Assembly (NCBI RefSeq): GCF_006345805.1
Contig: NC_043000.1
Span: forward strand, 3,038,001 to 3,102,000
Direction: 5' to 3'
Source of the DNA: Octopus sinensis
Taxonomy: Eukaryota
DNA length: 64,000 nt
Shown: one piece after another, positions 11,024-23,019 of the stretch
How the letters are laid out: each line of letters opens with the position of its first letter
How positions within the stretch are numbered: the stretch's first letter is position 1
Notes under the pieces: model-generated
Databases searched by the model: none
Seen by the model: only the letters and a program-made list of their open reading frames with translations
Told to the model about the DNA's origin: nothing
Translations under genes and position numbers: made by a program

Positions 11024-11290
11024 ATCATCATTTAATGTCCATTGTCCAAGCCGGAATGGATTGGACAGTTTAACCAGAGCTGGCAAGCCGGGGAGCTGCA
11101 CCAGGCTCCAGTCTGATTTGGCATGGTTTCTACAGCTGAATGTCCTTCCTAACTCCATCCACCTTACAGAGTGTGGTGAGTGCTTTTATGTGGCACCATG
11201 TGGGCGTTTTTATGTGGCACCACACGGGTGCTTTTTTTATATGGCACTGCATGGGCATTTTTACATGGCACTGTCACGAGTGCTTTTCAC
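11024..11290 (-). mobile_element. Element F, degenerate
   Basis: catcatcatttaatgtcc...ccaggctccagtctgatttggc plus internal tttatgtggcacc units. Confidence 0.75.
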
Positions 11291-11784
11291 CACCAGAGGG
11301 ACTGGTCTTAACACTTCTGCTGAGGAGTATGGATCTTCTTGAGTACACAAGGCACCGGGCACCTTGGTCCTTCGTCATCTCTCCTCCTGAAAGGTTCAGC
11401 GTCCTGAGGTCACTCTTCAGTACTCCATCCCATACCTTTCTGGGTCTTCCACTTCCATATGTTCCATCTACTCTGAGCGATCAGCACTTCTTGATGTGTG
11501 CATCTTTGTGTCTGTCACCATCCATCACTTGACAACCTGTGTTGGTTTGTTTACATCCCTGTAACTTAGTGATTTTGCAAAAGAGACCAATAGGATAGGT
11601 ATAGACTTTTAAAAAGAATATGTGCTGGAGTTGATCTGTTCTGGCTAAACCCTTCAAAGTGGTGCAGTGACAGGGCTACAGTTCAATGACTGAAACATAT
11701 AGAAGATAAGGTATAAAACACATGCACACAAATACAAATACAGGCATACATAACATACATATATATATATATATATATTACATA

Positions 11785-12120
11785 TGAAGGTGCATGGCTC
11801 AGTGGTTAGAGCATTGGGCTCACAATCATGAGGTAGTGAGTTCGAATCCCGGACCGGGTTGCGTGTTGTGTTCTTGAGAAAGACACTATATTTCATGTTG
11901 CTTCAGTTCATTCAGCTGTAGAAATGAGTTATGACGTCACTAGTGCCAAGCTGTATCGGCCCCTTTGCCTTTCCCTTGGATAACATTGGTGGCAAGGAGA
12001 GGGGAGGTTGTTATGCATGGGTGATTATTGGTCTTCCACAAGAAACCTTGCTTGGACTTGTGCCTTGGAGGGAAACTTTCTAGATGCAATCCCATGGTCA
12101 TTCGTGACCAAAGAGGGTCT
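11785..12120 (+). mobile_element. SINE family E (tRNA-derived head)
   Basis: tggctcagtggttagagc...gttcgaatcccgg...ggagggaaactttctagatgcaatcccatgg. Confidence 0.9.
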
Positions 12121-12139
12121 ATATACATTACATACATTT

Positions 12140-12510
12140 GTGCTTGTGCCACATAAAAAGCACTCATCTGGTGCTATGTAAATGCACCTGTGTTGGTGCC
12201 ACATAAAAAGCACCCATGGTAGTGCTCCATAAAAAGCACCTGTGGTGGTAACACATAAAAGGCATCCATGCCAGTGCCATGTATAAGGAACCCATGCCAG
12301 TGTCACATTTAAAGTACCTATGCTGGTGCCACATGCAAAGCACCCAGTACACTCTGTAAAGTGGTTAGCATTAGGAAGAGCATCTGGTCATAGAAACCAT
12401 GCCAAAACAGACAATAGGGGCCTGGTGCAGCCCTCCAACTGCCCAGCTCCTGTCAAACTGCCCAATCCCATGCCAACATAGAAAATAGATATTGCTGTTG
12501 TTGTTGTTGT

Positions 12511-12520
<10 letters not shown>
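12140..12520 (+). mobile_element. Element F, degenerate, with several decayed internal units
   Basis: Repeated gtgccacataaaaagcac units followed by the F body. Confidence 0.7.
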
Positions 12521-12544
<24 letters not shown>

Positions 12545-12944
12545 GGTGGTTTTGGTGGTGGTGGTGGTGGTGATGGTGATAATGATGATGATGATGATGG
12601 TGATGGTGATGATGATGATAATGGTGATGGTGATGATGATGATGTATAACTTACTTAAAGCAGTCATTTTGTAATTGTATTTATCTCGCAAGCAACTTGG
12701 TCTGAGATTGAACGTTGGAACCGAATCAGTCACATCATCAAAGAGCCATTTTAACCATAGAAAAAACACAACAGTAAACTTGTTAAATTCACTTTTCAGT
12801 TCCATTTATCTCTTGAGGCATTAAACTTTTCAATGCACAACTGTGTCCTGCTCACTGTAAACTCTTATCAAATTCTGTGTGGTTTTAGATGCAAAAATCT
12901 TTTTTTTCCCCAAAATAGAGAATATTTATTTAATAGTTTTCTAA

Positions 12945-12978
12945 CATGCTTTTTCTTTTTGTTTCTTTGTAGGTGAGT
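12945..12978 (+). promoter_or_regulatory. Candidate recursive splice site (3'SS immediately followed by 5'SS)
   Basis: About 25-nt pyrimidine tract, AG at 12971-12972, GTGAGT at 12973-12978. Further donors follow at 13016 (GTAAGA) and 13063 (GTGAGA). Confidence 0.4.
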
Positions 12979-13113
12979 GTCATTTTTATTATTGAAAGGT
13001 GTACACTAGCTACAGGTAAGATATAAATGTTACTTCAATTTAAGGGAATACAAAAGCTACAGGTGAGATGTACACTACTCTGAAACTGTTAAAAGGTCAA
13101 CATAATACAGGGA

Positions 13114-13146
<33 letters not shown>

Positions 13147-13197
13147 AATTTATACATATTATATATATATATATATATATATATAAACATACACACA

Positions 13198-13228
<31 letters not shown>

Positions 13229-13429
13229 ACACACACACTCTCTCATATATGCACGCACATATTTTTTGTAAACACTTGCAGATGCAAGTGCTACTGGTTG
13301 AAAAGTCTGCATACTGGATATTAGCAAGTTTATGGGGGTCATCGGAAGAGAATACACATCGTTTAGGGGCTTACATGTCCTACATGTATATCTGTCTATC
13401 TATCATAGATAGATAGATAGATACATACA

Positions 13430-13465
<36 letters not shown>

Positions 13466-13499
13466 TATATCATCAAACGGACGCTAAATGATGATGATG

Positions 13500-13530
<31 letters not shown>

Positions 13531-14319
13531 CACACATATACATACATACATACATGTATGTATGTACATACATACATACATACATACATGTATGTATGTA
13601 TAAATCTCCCTCTCCCCTTCATTACATTTTACAATTAAAACGATTTTTTTTTTGTTATTCTGAAAATTTCTGTGAAGAAATAGAAACACTGACTTCTGTT
13701 TGAGAGCTGCTCTGGAAGTTGACAGAGGAAAAAACAACAGCCAAATCTCCCTCAGATCACATTTGGACATCTTCGAAAAAAGCACACTGAGTAAGGTTGT
13801 CCTGGGGCTCCCTTCCTTGCACCTAGGAGAAAAATAGGATGGTCATGACTGGAATGCCTTTGATCATAGATCTACTTGATCAGAACTGGCCTGGGGCTAA
13901 ACAGCAACATCACACTACAACAATACAAGACCAACCGCACCAAGTACACCACGACCACCACCACCATGACCACCACCACCAAAGCATCAGAAATGAATTC
14001 CTTCTTCCTCCCCCGCCTCCACCTCACAGGTGAATAACAAAAGAGGAAATTATATAGAAAGATGGTAATTGAGAGAAGATAGTGTCAGTTGTTGCGATGC
14101 ATCTGCAGTTGTTGGTAACAGCAGCTTCACATCTAATGCACTTTGTACAGCTTCTGTCAGTGCAGCTGGAGCCGGTGTCTTCACAAAGATGCAGTGATGG
14201 AAAACAAAACAAAAAAAGAGAAAAAGAAAGGAGAAAAAAAAGAAAAAATATAATTATGTGATGGCTTTGATATTTGCTGGAAATAATAGCTTCAGGCAAC
14301 CATACCACCATCGCCATGG

Positions 14320-15470
14320 CCACAACCATCACCACCACCACCACCACCACCACCACCATCACCATCACCGCTAGTGCTACCACCACTAGCCCCACCACCA
14401 CTGTGATGGTAAGTGGTAGAAGGTAGGGATGGTGATGTGGTTGCTGGTCTGTGAACATACCATCACTGTGGCAGTTGCAGTAGTATGTAGTATATACCGT
14501 GTAGTAAATACCATGACGGCAGCGGTGGTGGTGGTGGTGGTGGTGGCAGTGGTGGTGATGGTTGTGATGGCCTTTGTGATGGTGTGGTGATGGTGGTGGT
14601 GATGGTAATGGCAATAGTGATGGTGGTGGTGGAGGTGGTGGTGGTGATGGTAATGGCGATAGTGGTGGTGGTGGTGGTGGTGGTGGTGGTGTTTGTGGTG
14701 GTGATGGTGATAATGATGGTGGTCTTGATTGTAATGGTGATGGTGTTTGTGATGTGGTTGTGATAATGGTGTTAGTGATGACGGATGTGATGGTAGTTGT
14801 GGTACTGGTGGTTGTGGTCATTGTGGCCATTGTGATGAAGGCACTGGTGGTGGTTTGTCCCTCCCCTCACATCATCACAGTAATGGCAAATGTGAATCGC
14901 AATACCACTACTGTAACGGTGCTGGTAGAGTATTTCCATACCATTACAGTGGTAGTTGCGATAATATATGAGCATACTGTGACTGCATAGTGGTTCTGGT
15001 GGTGGTAGTGGTGCGTTGGTGGTGGTGGTGTGGTGGTGGTGGTGGTGGTGGTGGTGGTGGTGGTGGTGATGCTAGCAGCGATGGTGCTAGTGGTAGGGGT
15101 GCTGGTGATGTGTCCTATATAACATCACAGTAATAATGATCCATATATTACTACACCACCAAAGTGGTGGGTGTCAGTGGTGATCCAATACCATCTGGGT
15201 GATGGTTGCAGTAATATGCCAAAATCCCATGACAATGTAGGGATGTGTAGTGGTGGTGGTGGTGGTGGTGGTGGTAGTGGTGGTAGTAATGGTGTTGATA
15301 GTGGTAATGGAGTTGGTGGTGATAGTATCGTGTCCTTACCATCGCAGTGGTGGTTGCAATAATATGTTAATATACCATGCCAGTATAATGATAATGGCAT
15401 TGTCATTGTTGACGGTAGTGGTGGTGGTGGTGGTGGTGGTAGAGTGTTTCCATACCATCACAGTGGTGTA
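14320..15470. repeat. (GGT/ACC)n-rich compound low-complexity tract
   Basis: Long GGT runs interleaved with about 7 degenerate ataccatcacagtggtggttgcagtaatatg units. Confidence 0.85.
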
Positions 15471-15488
15471 GTGCTAGTGCATTCCCAT

Positions 15489-15640
15489 ATACCATATTTT
15501 AATGTGTATGAGGAACCTCCTAATTTTGGGGGCTTAAAATTTGGAAAAAAGGTTTTGTAAGGATTTTAAAAGAACTCCCATATTTTTTTAACCTAATTTT
15601 TGACAAAAATGGGTTCTTTATACTTGTTAAAATACAGAAG
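15489..15640. mobile_element. Degenerate pogo/Tc2-like MITE
   Basis: Imperfect TIRs taccatattttaatgtgtatgag / tttatacttgttaaaatacag. Confidence 0.45.
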
Positions 15641-15666
15641 TCACTGTAGTGGTGGTGTCTCCTATA

Positions 15667-16051
15667 TGGAAGCACTCCGTCGGTTACGACGATGAGGGTT
15701 CCGGTTGATCCGAATCAACGGAACAGCCTGCTCGTGAAATTAACGTGTAAGTGGCTGAGCACTCCACAGACGCGTGTACCCTTAACGTAGTTCTCAGGGA
15801 TATTCAGCGTGACACAGAGAGTGACAAGGCCGGCCCTTTGAAATACAGGTACAACAGAAACAGGAAGTAAGTGTGAGAGAAAGTTGTGGTGAAAGAGTAC
15901 AGCAGGGATCACCACCATCCCCTGCCGGAGCCTCGTGAAGCTTTAGGTGTTTTCGCTCAATAAACACTCACAACGCCCGGTCTGGGAATCGAAACCGCGA
16001 TCCTATGACCGTGAGTCCGCTGCCCTAACCACTGGGCCATTGCGCCTCCAC
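15667..16051 (-). mobile_element. SINE family C
   Basis: Reverse complement of 7737-8122. Confidence 0.9.
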
Positions 16052-16094
16052 GGTGTCTCCTATAATTTATCTACTGGCTGTACTATTATTTTAT

Positions 16095-16311
16095 TCTTTT
16101 CTTATTGTTCTTGTTTCAGTCCTTGGACTGCGACCATGCTGGGGTACCGTCTTCAAGGGTTTTATTTGAATGAATTGTTCCCAACACTTATTTTTGTTTA
16201 AGCCCAGTACTTATTCTATCGGTTCAGTATCTTTCACTGAACTTCTAAGTTATGAGGACGTAAACAAACCAACTCAGGTTGTCAAGTGGTAGTGGGGGAC
16301 AAACACAAAGG

Positions 16312-16361
<50 letters not shown>

Positions 16362-16522
16362 AAGCCTCTTTTAGTTTTTGTCTACCAAATTCACTCACAA
16401 GGTTTTTGCTTGACCTGGGGCTATAGTAGAAGACATTAGCCCAAGGTGCCATGCAGTGAGACTGAACCCAGAATCATGTGGTTGGGAAGCAAACTTCTTA
16501 CCTCACAGCCACACCTGTGCCT
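16095..16522 (-). mobile_element. SINE family A
   Basis: Colinear with 793-1222. Confidence 0.85.
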
Positions 16523-16747
16523 TTATTAGCTGTTGGTCTGGTGTTATTGTATGTTGACCAATTTTTAATGAGTCTGTAATTCAGTTTCAATTCTCAGCTG
16601 TAACTGTTTTACATATCTCTCTGATCTGCTTTGGAATAGCATGAACATTGCAATACACCATTCTTGCTTCTGGTAAAAATCTGTCCTTACTCTTAATTAA
16701 GAAACTAGTAGTAATGGTCATTGTGTCGAGAATAATTCTATTTAGTT

Positions 16748-16959
16748 GTGGAGGTGCATGGCTTAATGGTTAGGATATTGGACTCAAGTCAGAAAACAAC
16801 ACAGAGTTGCTGAAGCATGGAATAAACTGCCTGCATCAGTTGTTGACTGCCATGACACTGCATCCTTTAAGGCCCTCATGCTTTCCGAAATCCGCCGAAA
16901 CTACACCTGATTATATATACACTTTAGATGAGTTGTAGTGCACCTGAGCACTGTACACA

Positions 16960-16994
<35 letters not shown>

Positions 16995-17190
16995 GATCGT
17001 AAGATTGTGATTTCAATTCCTAGACTGGGTGACATGTTGTGTTCTTGAGCAAAACACTTCATTTCTATTGCTCCAGTCCACTCAGTTGGCAAATATGAAT
17101 AATCTTGGAATGGACTGGTGTCTCATCCAGGTGGGGATTTTATTCACTAAGGAAACTGGAAAACTAGCCCTTAAGAATAAGCATGACTCC
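16748..17190 (+). mobile_element. SINE family D interrupted by a CR1 3' end
   Basis: The head ends ..ggactca at 16787 and resumes tgatcgtaag at 16994. Confidence 0.85.
16788..16993 (+). mobile_element. CR1-clade LINE 3' end with (ATT)n tail, nested
   Basis: Nearly identical to 30820-31060 apart from an internal deletion. Confidence 0.85.
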
Positions 17191-17385
17191 AGAAGGTAAC
17201 CATTACTTTTATTTGGTTAGTTAAAGGTCACATGGTAATTTGTGACCCTTCACTGGTTCAAATGTATGCTCAGATGTTTTAAAACCTCATTATTCATTTT
17301 ATTGTAATTTGTTTCTGTTACATGAAATGTTGCCGTGTGCATAACAGTGGTTAAGGCAAGGAAGGACAGAGTATTAACCATTTTA

Positions 17386-17594
17386 TTGGGTTGTCTGGAA
17401 GGTTCGTGCCGATTTTTAAAGGAAAGAAAAAGTCAATAAATTGAAATTTTTACCATTAAGACTATTCTGCAGAGACCTGAATAACTGCACTAAATGGAGG
17501 TGTAGTCAAATCCTATTTTATGGATTCAACCATGTTCTAAAATAAGCGAAAGGTAAGCTACTATAAATCGGCACGAACTTTCCAGACCACCCAA
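17386..17594. mobile_element. Mariner-type MITE
   Basis: TIRs of about 30 bp (ttgggttgtctggaaggttcgtgccgattt / aaatcggcacgaactttccagaccacccaa) with TA on both sides. Confidence 0.85.
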
Positions 17595-17654
17595 TATTTA
17601 CAAGGATAATAAACCTGCTGTCCACAAATGCTTACAGTGAATTGGGCAGCGTAA

Positions 17655-17920
17655 TAATCCTTTCTGTTATAGGCACAAGGACTGAAATTCTTGGGGAAGA
17701 GGATAGTCAATTACATCAACCCCAGAACTTAACTAGTACTTATTTTGACCTCAAAAGGATGAAAAGCAAAATTGATCTTGGCAGGATTTGAACTCAGAAT
17801 GTAAAGATGGATGAAATGCTGCTAAGTGTTTTGTCCAGCACAGTAATGATTCTGCCATCTTGCCACCTTATTGACCTAATAATGAAAGGTGAAGTTGACC
17901 TTGGCAGAATTTGAACTTAA
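17655..17920 (-). mobile_element. SINE family B, degenerate
   Basis: ggatgaaaagcaaaattgatcttggcaggatttgaactcagaatg. Confidence 0.75.
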
Positions 17921-17994
17921 ATATTCGCTAAATCCCCCAGCCCATGAAATCCTCCAACAGCAACCAAATATCCACCAAGTCCCCTAGCACCAGC

Positions 17995-19298
17995 TCAAGG
18001 CTAGATTAAGACCCTAAGCACTTAAAAGATTTTGCTGCCCACATATATATCTAATTCAAAATATATTACTCTTTTACTCTTTTATTTGTTTCAGTCATTT
18101 GACTGCGGCCATGCTGCAGCATTGCCTTTAATCAAGCAAATCAACCCCAGGACTTATTCTTTGTAAGCCTAGTACTTGTGCTATAAGTCTCTTTTGCTGA
18201 ACTGCTAAGTTACAGGGACATAAACACACCAGCATTGGTTGTCAAGCGATGTTGGGGGTAGGACAAACACACACACACATATATATATATACATATATAC
18301 GACGGGCTTCTTTCAGTTTCCGTCTACCAAATCCACTCACAAGGCTTTGGTTAGCCCGAGACTATAGTGGAAGACACTTGCCCAAGGTGCCATGCAGTGG
18401 GACTGAACCCGGAGCCATGTGGTTGGTAAACAAGCTACTTACCACACAGTCACTCCTGCGCCTATGCTTGCCACCTTATTGATATAATAATGGTTTCAAA
18501 TTTTGGCACAAGACCAACAATTTCAGGGGAGAGGGTAAGTTGATTACATTGTCCCTGGTGCTTGACTAGTTCTTATTTTATTGACCCCAAAAAAGATGAA
18601 AGGCAAAGTTGACCCTGGCAGAATTTGAACTTAAATATTCACCTGATCCCCCAGCCCATGAAATCTTCCAACAGCAGCCAAACATCCATTAAATCCTCTA
18701 GCACCAGCTCAAGGCTACATTAAGACCCTAAGCCTTTAAAAGATTTTGCTACCCACATGTGTAATTCAAAATATAAACAATAATAAACCATAAAATATTT
18801 TTTTTAGTTTTCAAAATGAAACAAAACTAACGGTAAGAGGGAAATAATGTTTATTTTTGTAAACTTCAATTTTATTTGGATTTAAAAAATTTTCTCCTAC
18901 TTTTTTAATTGGAAAGTCTTTGATCAGATCCTCAAAATTAATCTTTCGTAACACATCTGGTTCTAGATTTAGTAGAGATAAAGCATCCCAAATATCATTT
19001 TAGCAAGTTTAAAGTGATTTCTGTTGTACCATAGATCATTTATCATTTCTGTGTTGCCAGCTTCCCTTAATGTCCTTAGCACATGCTTATTTTGCTTAAC
19101 AGTTAATCTAGTGCTGGTCACCAGATTCATAACACCAAGAAATGGGTCTTTATTTGACATAAAGCATCCCGAATATCATTTTAGCAAGTTTAAAGTGACT
19201 TCTTTTGTACTGTAAACCATTTACCATTTCTGTGTTGTCACCTTCTCTTAATGCCCTCAGGACATGCTTATTTTGCTTAATGGTTAAACCAGAGCTGC
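17995..19298. mobile_element. AT-rich non-autonomous DNA element with internal duplications and nested SINEs
   Basis: Homologous to 36539-37237 and (inverted) 47640-47860; ends ..agattaagaccctaagcac / gcttaatggttaaaccagagctg. Confidence 0.65.
18066..18465 (-). mobile_element. SINE family A
   Basis: Full-length copy. Confidence 0.9.
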
Positions 19299-19299
19299 A

Positions 19300-19570
19300 C
19301 CAGCCAAACATTGAATAAATTCCTCAACACCAGTCAAGCATAAAAAAGAATCTCCAACACCAGTTAGACATTTAACAAATCCTCCAATGCCTCAAATACT
19401 CCTGAAATCCTCCAACAGCAGACATATACATATCAAAGCCTCCAACACCATCAAGCACCGATGAACTCCTTTACTAGCAACCAAACTCCTATCAAAACCT
19501 CAAACACCAGTTAAGTCTCTGTCGAATCCTCTGACACCAACAAATATTAACAAAATCTCTAACACAGTGG
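19300..19570. repeat. Degenerate minisatellite of about 30 bp (cctccaacaccagtcaa core)
   Basis: Cores at 19321, 19351, 19381, 19409, 19439, 19498, 19528 and 19556; related units at 17950, 18665, 20520-20756 and 21146-21190. Confidence 0.7.
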
Positions 19571-19635
19571 TTCATATCCAGGGTCCATATGGCCCTTGTG
19601 AGTTCATATAAGTTTTTTCTGTTAAAATTTCTGAG

Positions 19636-19970
19636 ACCCCCTTCAGTCACGACAAAGACCATGGGATTGCACCTAAAAAGTTACCCTCCCAGGCACAAGT
19701 CTGGGCAGTTGTTTATGGAAGACCAGCAGTCACCCATGCATACTGGCCTTCCCTCTCCATGCCACTGATGTTATCCAAGGGAAAGGCAAAGGCTGATATA
19801 GCTTGGCACCAGTGACAGCACAACTCATTTCTATGGCTGAGTGAACTGGAGCAACGTGAAACAAAAGTGTCTTGCCCAAGAACACAACACGCAGCCCGGT
19901 CCAGGATTCGAGCTCACAACCTCACGATCGTAAGCTCAACACTCTAACCACTGAGCCATGCACCTTCACA
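19636..19970 (-). mobile_element. SINE family E
   Basis: Reverse complement of 11785-12120. Confidence 0.9.
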
Positions 19971-20082
19971 TATTTATGTGAAATATAATTGGTTATACTT
20001 CTACAATGCATAAAATATTTTAACAATCTTTCAGTACAATTTTTAATAACATTTGATTATAAAAATATAATAGAATTTTTCT

Positions 20083-20415
20083 GAAGGTACGTGGTTTAGT
20101 GTTTAGAGCATTGGGCTCACAATCATAAGGTAGTGAGTTCGATTCCTGGAATGGGCTGCGTGTTGTGTTCTTGAGCAAGAAAATTTATTTCACGTTGCTC
20201 CAGTTCACTCAGCTGTAGAAATGAGTTGCAACATCATTGGTGCCAAGCTGTATCAGCCTTTGCCTTTCCCTTCGATAACATTGGTGGTGTGGAAAGGAGG
20301 GGCTGGTATGCATGGGCCACTGCTGGTCTTCCATAAAAACAACCTTGCCCGGACTTGTGCTTCAGAGGGGAAGTTTCTAGATGCAACCTTCATGACTGAA
20401 GGAGGTCTTTACCTT
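20083..20415 (+). mobile_element. SINE family E
   Basis: Colinear with 11785-12120. Confidence 0.9.
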
Positions 20416-20759
20416 TTTTTAAATAGGATTTTTTAAATATTGAATGGCTATGATGGTCCACCTGAGTAAAATAGGAATCAAAGGGGCACATAGGTAAAAG
20501 AATTGTTGGAAACCACTGCTCTAAACACCATCAAACATCTGTTAGAACCTCTCTCACTAGCCATACATCTATTAAAATCCCCAATACCAAAGAGCTTTCA
20601 AAATCTCCATTATGACTCACATAACCACTAATATCAACCCCATATCTATCAATACCTCAGACACCAGTCAAACACCTTAATCCCTAGTCCCACACCTAAC
20701 AAAACTCCAAAAACATCCATCACCTCCAAGAACAATCAAATCTTCCAACACCATTATCC

Positions 20760-21145
20760 TTTTCTACTCTCAGCACAAGGCCTGAAATTTTTTGGGCGGG
20801 AGCCAGTCGATTAGATTGACTCCAGTACGCAACTGGTACTTAATTTATCGACCCCGAAAGGATGAAAGGCAAAGTCGACCTCAGCGGAATTTGAACTCAG
20901 GATGTAAAGACAGACGAAATACCTATTTCTTTATTACCCACAAGGGGCTAAACATAGAGGGGACAAACAAGGACAGACAAATGGATTAATTCGACTATAT
21001 CGCCGCCAGTGTGTAACTGGTACTTAATTTATCGACCCCGAAAGGATGAAAGGCAAAGTCGATCTCGGCAGAATTTGAACTCACAACGTAGCGGCAGACG
21101 AAATACTGCTCAGCATTTTGCCCGGCATGCTAACGTTTCTACCCA
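20760..21145 (-). mobile_element. SINE family B partial tandem dimer
   Basis: Two B bodies joined by the aaagaaataggtatttcgtctg junction; flanked by a 32-bp direct repeat (20725-20756 / 21146-21177). Confidence 0.85.
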
Positions 21146-21564
21146 CCTCCAAGAACAATCAAATCTTCCAACACCAGTGAAATACCCATCAAATGTTGAA
21201 TTCATTCAGGCAGGTCACTCATGCAATGAACTGATAATTTCTGTCTTTGCTTATGAAATATCTGTCAAACTGCTTGTCTCGTGCACGTGATGTGGTTGAG
21301 CCTTGCCAGTTAGAATTTTATGTCTCTCATCTCATCCTCCCATTGCTGAACTAGTAATATAACTTCAGTACATAATATTAATTATTACGGACTGTAATTC
21401 AATCTGGCGACTCTTGGTGATTAATTATGGCAGGAGAGCAGCAAAGTTTTAGAAGCTGACTGTCAATAATTGCAGTCACTAGATTCTGTGTAGATATCTC
21501 AGATCGTTATTTCTCCATGAGCTACAGGAAGAGAAATCCATAGGTAATTAGTTGTCAGCTGCCT

Positions 21565-22250
21565 CATCCTCCCCTCCTCCCTTTTCTCTCCTCTTTTTCC
21601 TCCTCATCTACATTATCATCATCATTACTATCATCATCACCATCACTACCCCTCCTCTCTTCTTCCTCCTCCTCTTCTGCCTCCTCTTCCTCTTGCTCTT
21701 CCTCCTCCTTTTCCTCCTCCTCTTCATCTTCCCCTTCATCTTCCTCCTCCTTTTCCTCTTCATCTTCCTCCTCTTCATCTTCCTCCTCCTTTTCCTCTTC
21801 CTCTCCTCTTCCTCTTCCTCTTCCTCCTCCTTTTCCTCTTCATCTTCCTCCTCCTTTTCCTCTTCCTCTTCCTCTTCCTCTTCCTCCTCCTTTTCCTCTT
21901 CATCTTCCTCCTCCTCTTCCTCTCCTCTTCCTCCTCCTTTTCCTCTTCATCTTCCTCCTCCTTTTCCTCTTCATCTTCCTCCATCTTCATCTTCCCCCTC
22001 CTTTTCCTCTTCATCTTCATCTTCCTCCTCCATCTTCATCCTCCTCTTCCTCTTCCTCTTCCTCTTCCTCTTCATCTTCCTCCTCCTCTTCATCTTCCTC
22101 CTCCTCTTCCTCTTCATCTTCCTCTTCATCTTCCTCTTCATCTTCCTCCTCCTCTTCCTCTTCATCTTCCTCCTCCTCTTCCTCTTCTTCATCTCGTCTG
22201 TTATCCCCCTGATCCTCCAGTTCCTCATTGTCATCATCATCATCATCATC
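21565..22250. repeat. (TCC/TCT)n polypyrimidine/polypurine tract
   Basis: About 700 bp with recurring ctcctccttttcctcttcatcttc units; explains the overlapping low-complexity ORFs. Confidence 0.95.
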
Positions 22251-22979
22251 AGCAGCACCAACCCTTCTCGTCTCTTTCTTCTTGCTCCTCCTTTTTCTTC
22301 ATCCTGCCTGGGTGGATGGGGCCTTCTTGACGCAAGGTGATTGAAAGGGTGAAGGGATAAAAGAATTGAGACTGTGGGTGGGTGGCAGTCGCAAGAGTGT
22401 ATGGGGGAGAGAGAGACACATACACAAGGAAAAGGGTGAGGGTACGATTTTTTAAAATAAATTTTGGAAGCATCGAATGTGGTTGGTATTTTGCAGAAAG
22501 TAAATTTTGGACATCATAAAGCTAACTTTTTTTTCAGTCTTACCAGACTAAATTCCCAATCTTTCTCTGTTGTTCTTACAGCTTTACTGTGTCCAAAATT
22601 TACTTTCTTGTCTGCTATATATATATATATCTACTTACATCACATCACACCACCACGCACACGTCAGCACTGACCACTTCCCAGACCCACATTTTCACAC
22701 CTACACATACACACAAGCACGTGCACCTTCCTTTTGGGATCACCACCACTTTATTATCTCCCCTTCTCCCTAGCTCTCCTGTGTGACCCTTCTGTCCAGC
22801 ATTCGCCATGATAGATCACTAGCCACTACACATTCTTTATTTTCTCTCCTTGTTTCTTTCTGTGGAAGAGCGTAGGCTTGAAACATTAAAGACTTTTTCA
22901 CTTCCCGGGCATTATACTAATGCATCTGTTTGTTATCTACACCACCTGTCTTCATCTTATGTTTTTTGTGAATTCTCCC

Positions 22980-23015
<36 letters not shown>

Positions 23016-23019
<4 letters not shown>

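Noticed and set aside
13700-14200. Possible coding exon(s) in unique sequence near 13.7-14.2 kb
   Set aside because: Every frame is interrupted by stops or runs into microsatellite, and no consistent acceptor/donor pair gives a recognisable peptide.
14024-14830. 268-aa Thr/Pro/His-rich ORF
   Set aside because: Translation of (GGT/ACC)n low-complexity DNA; overlapping frames are equally open and there is no recognisable domain.
21552-22340. 262-aa Ser/Leu/Phe ORF and opposite-strand Lys/Arg/Glu ORFs
   Set aside because: Artefacts of the stop-free (TCY)n tract.
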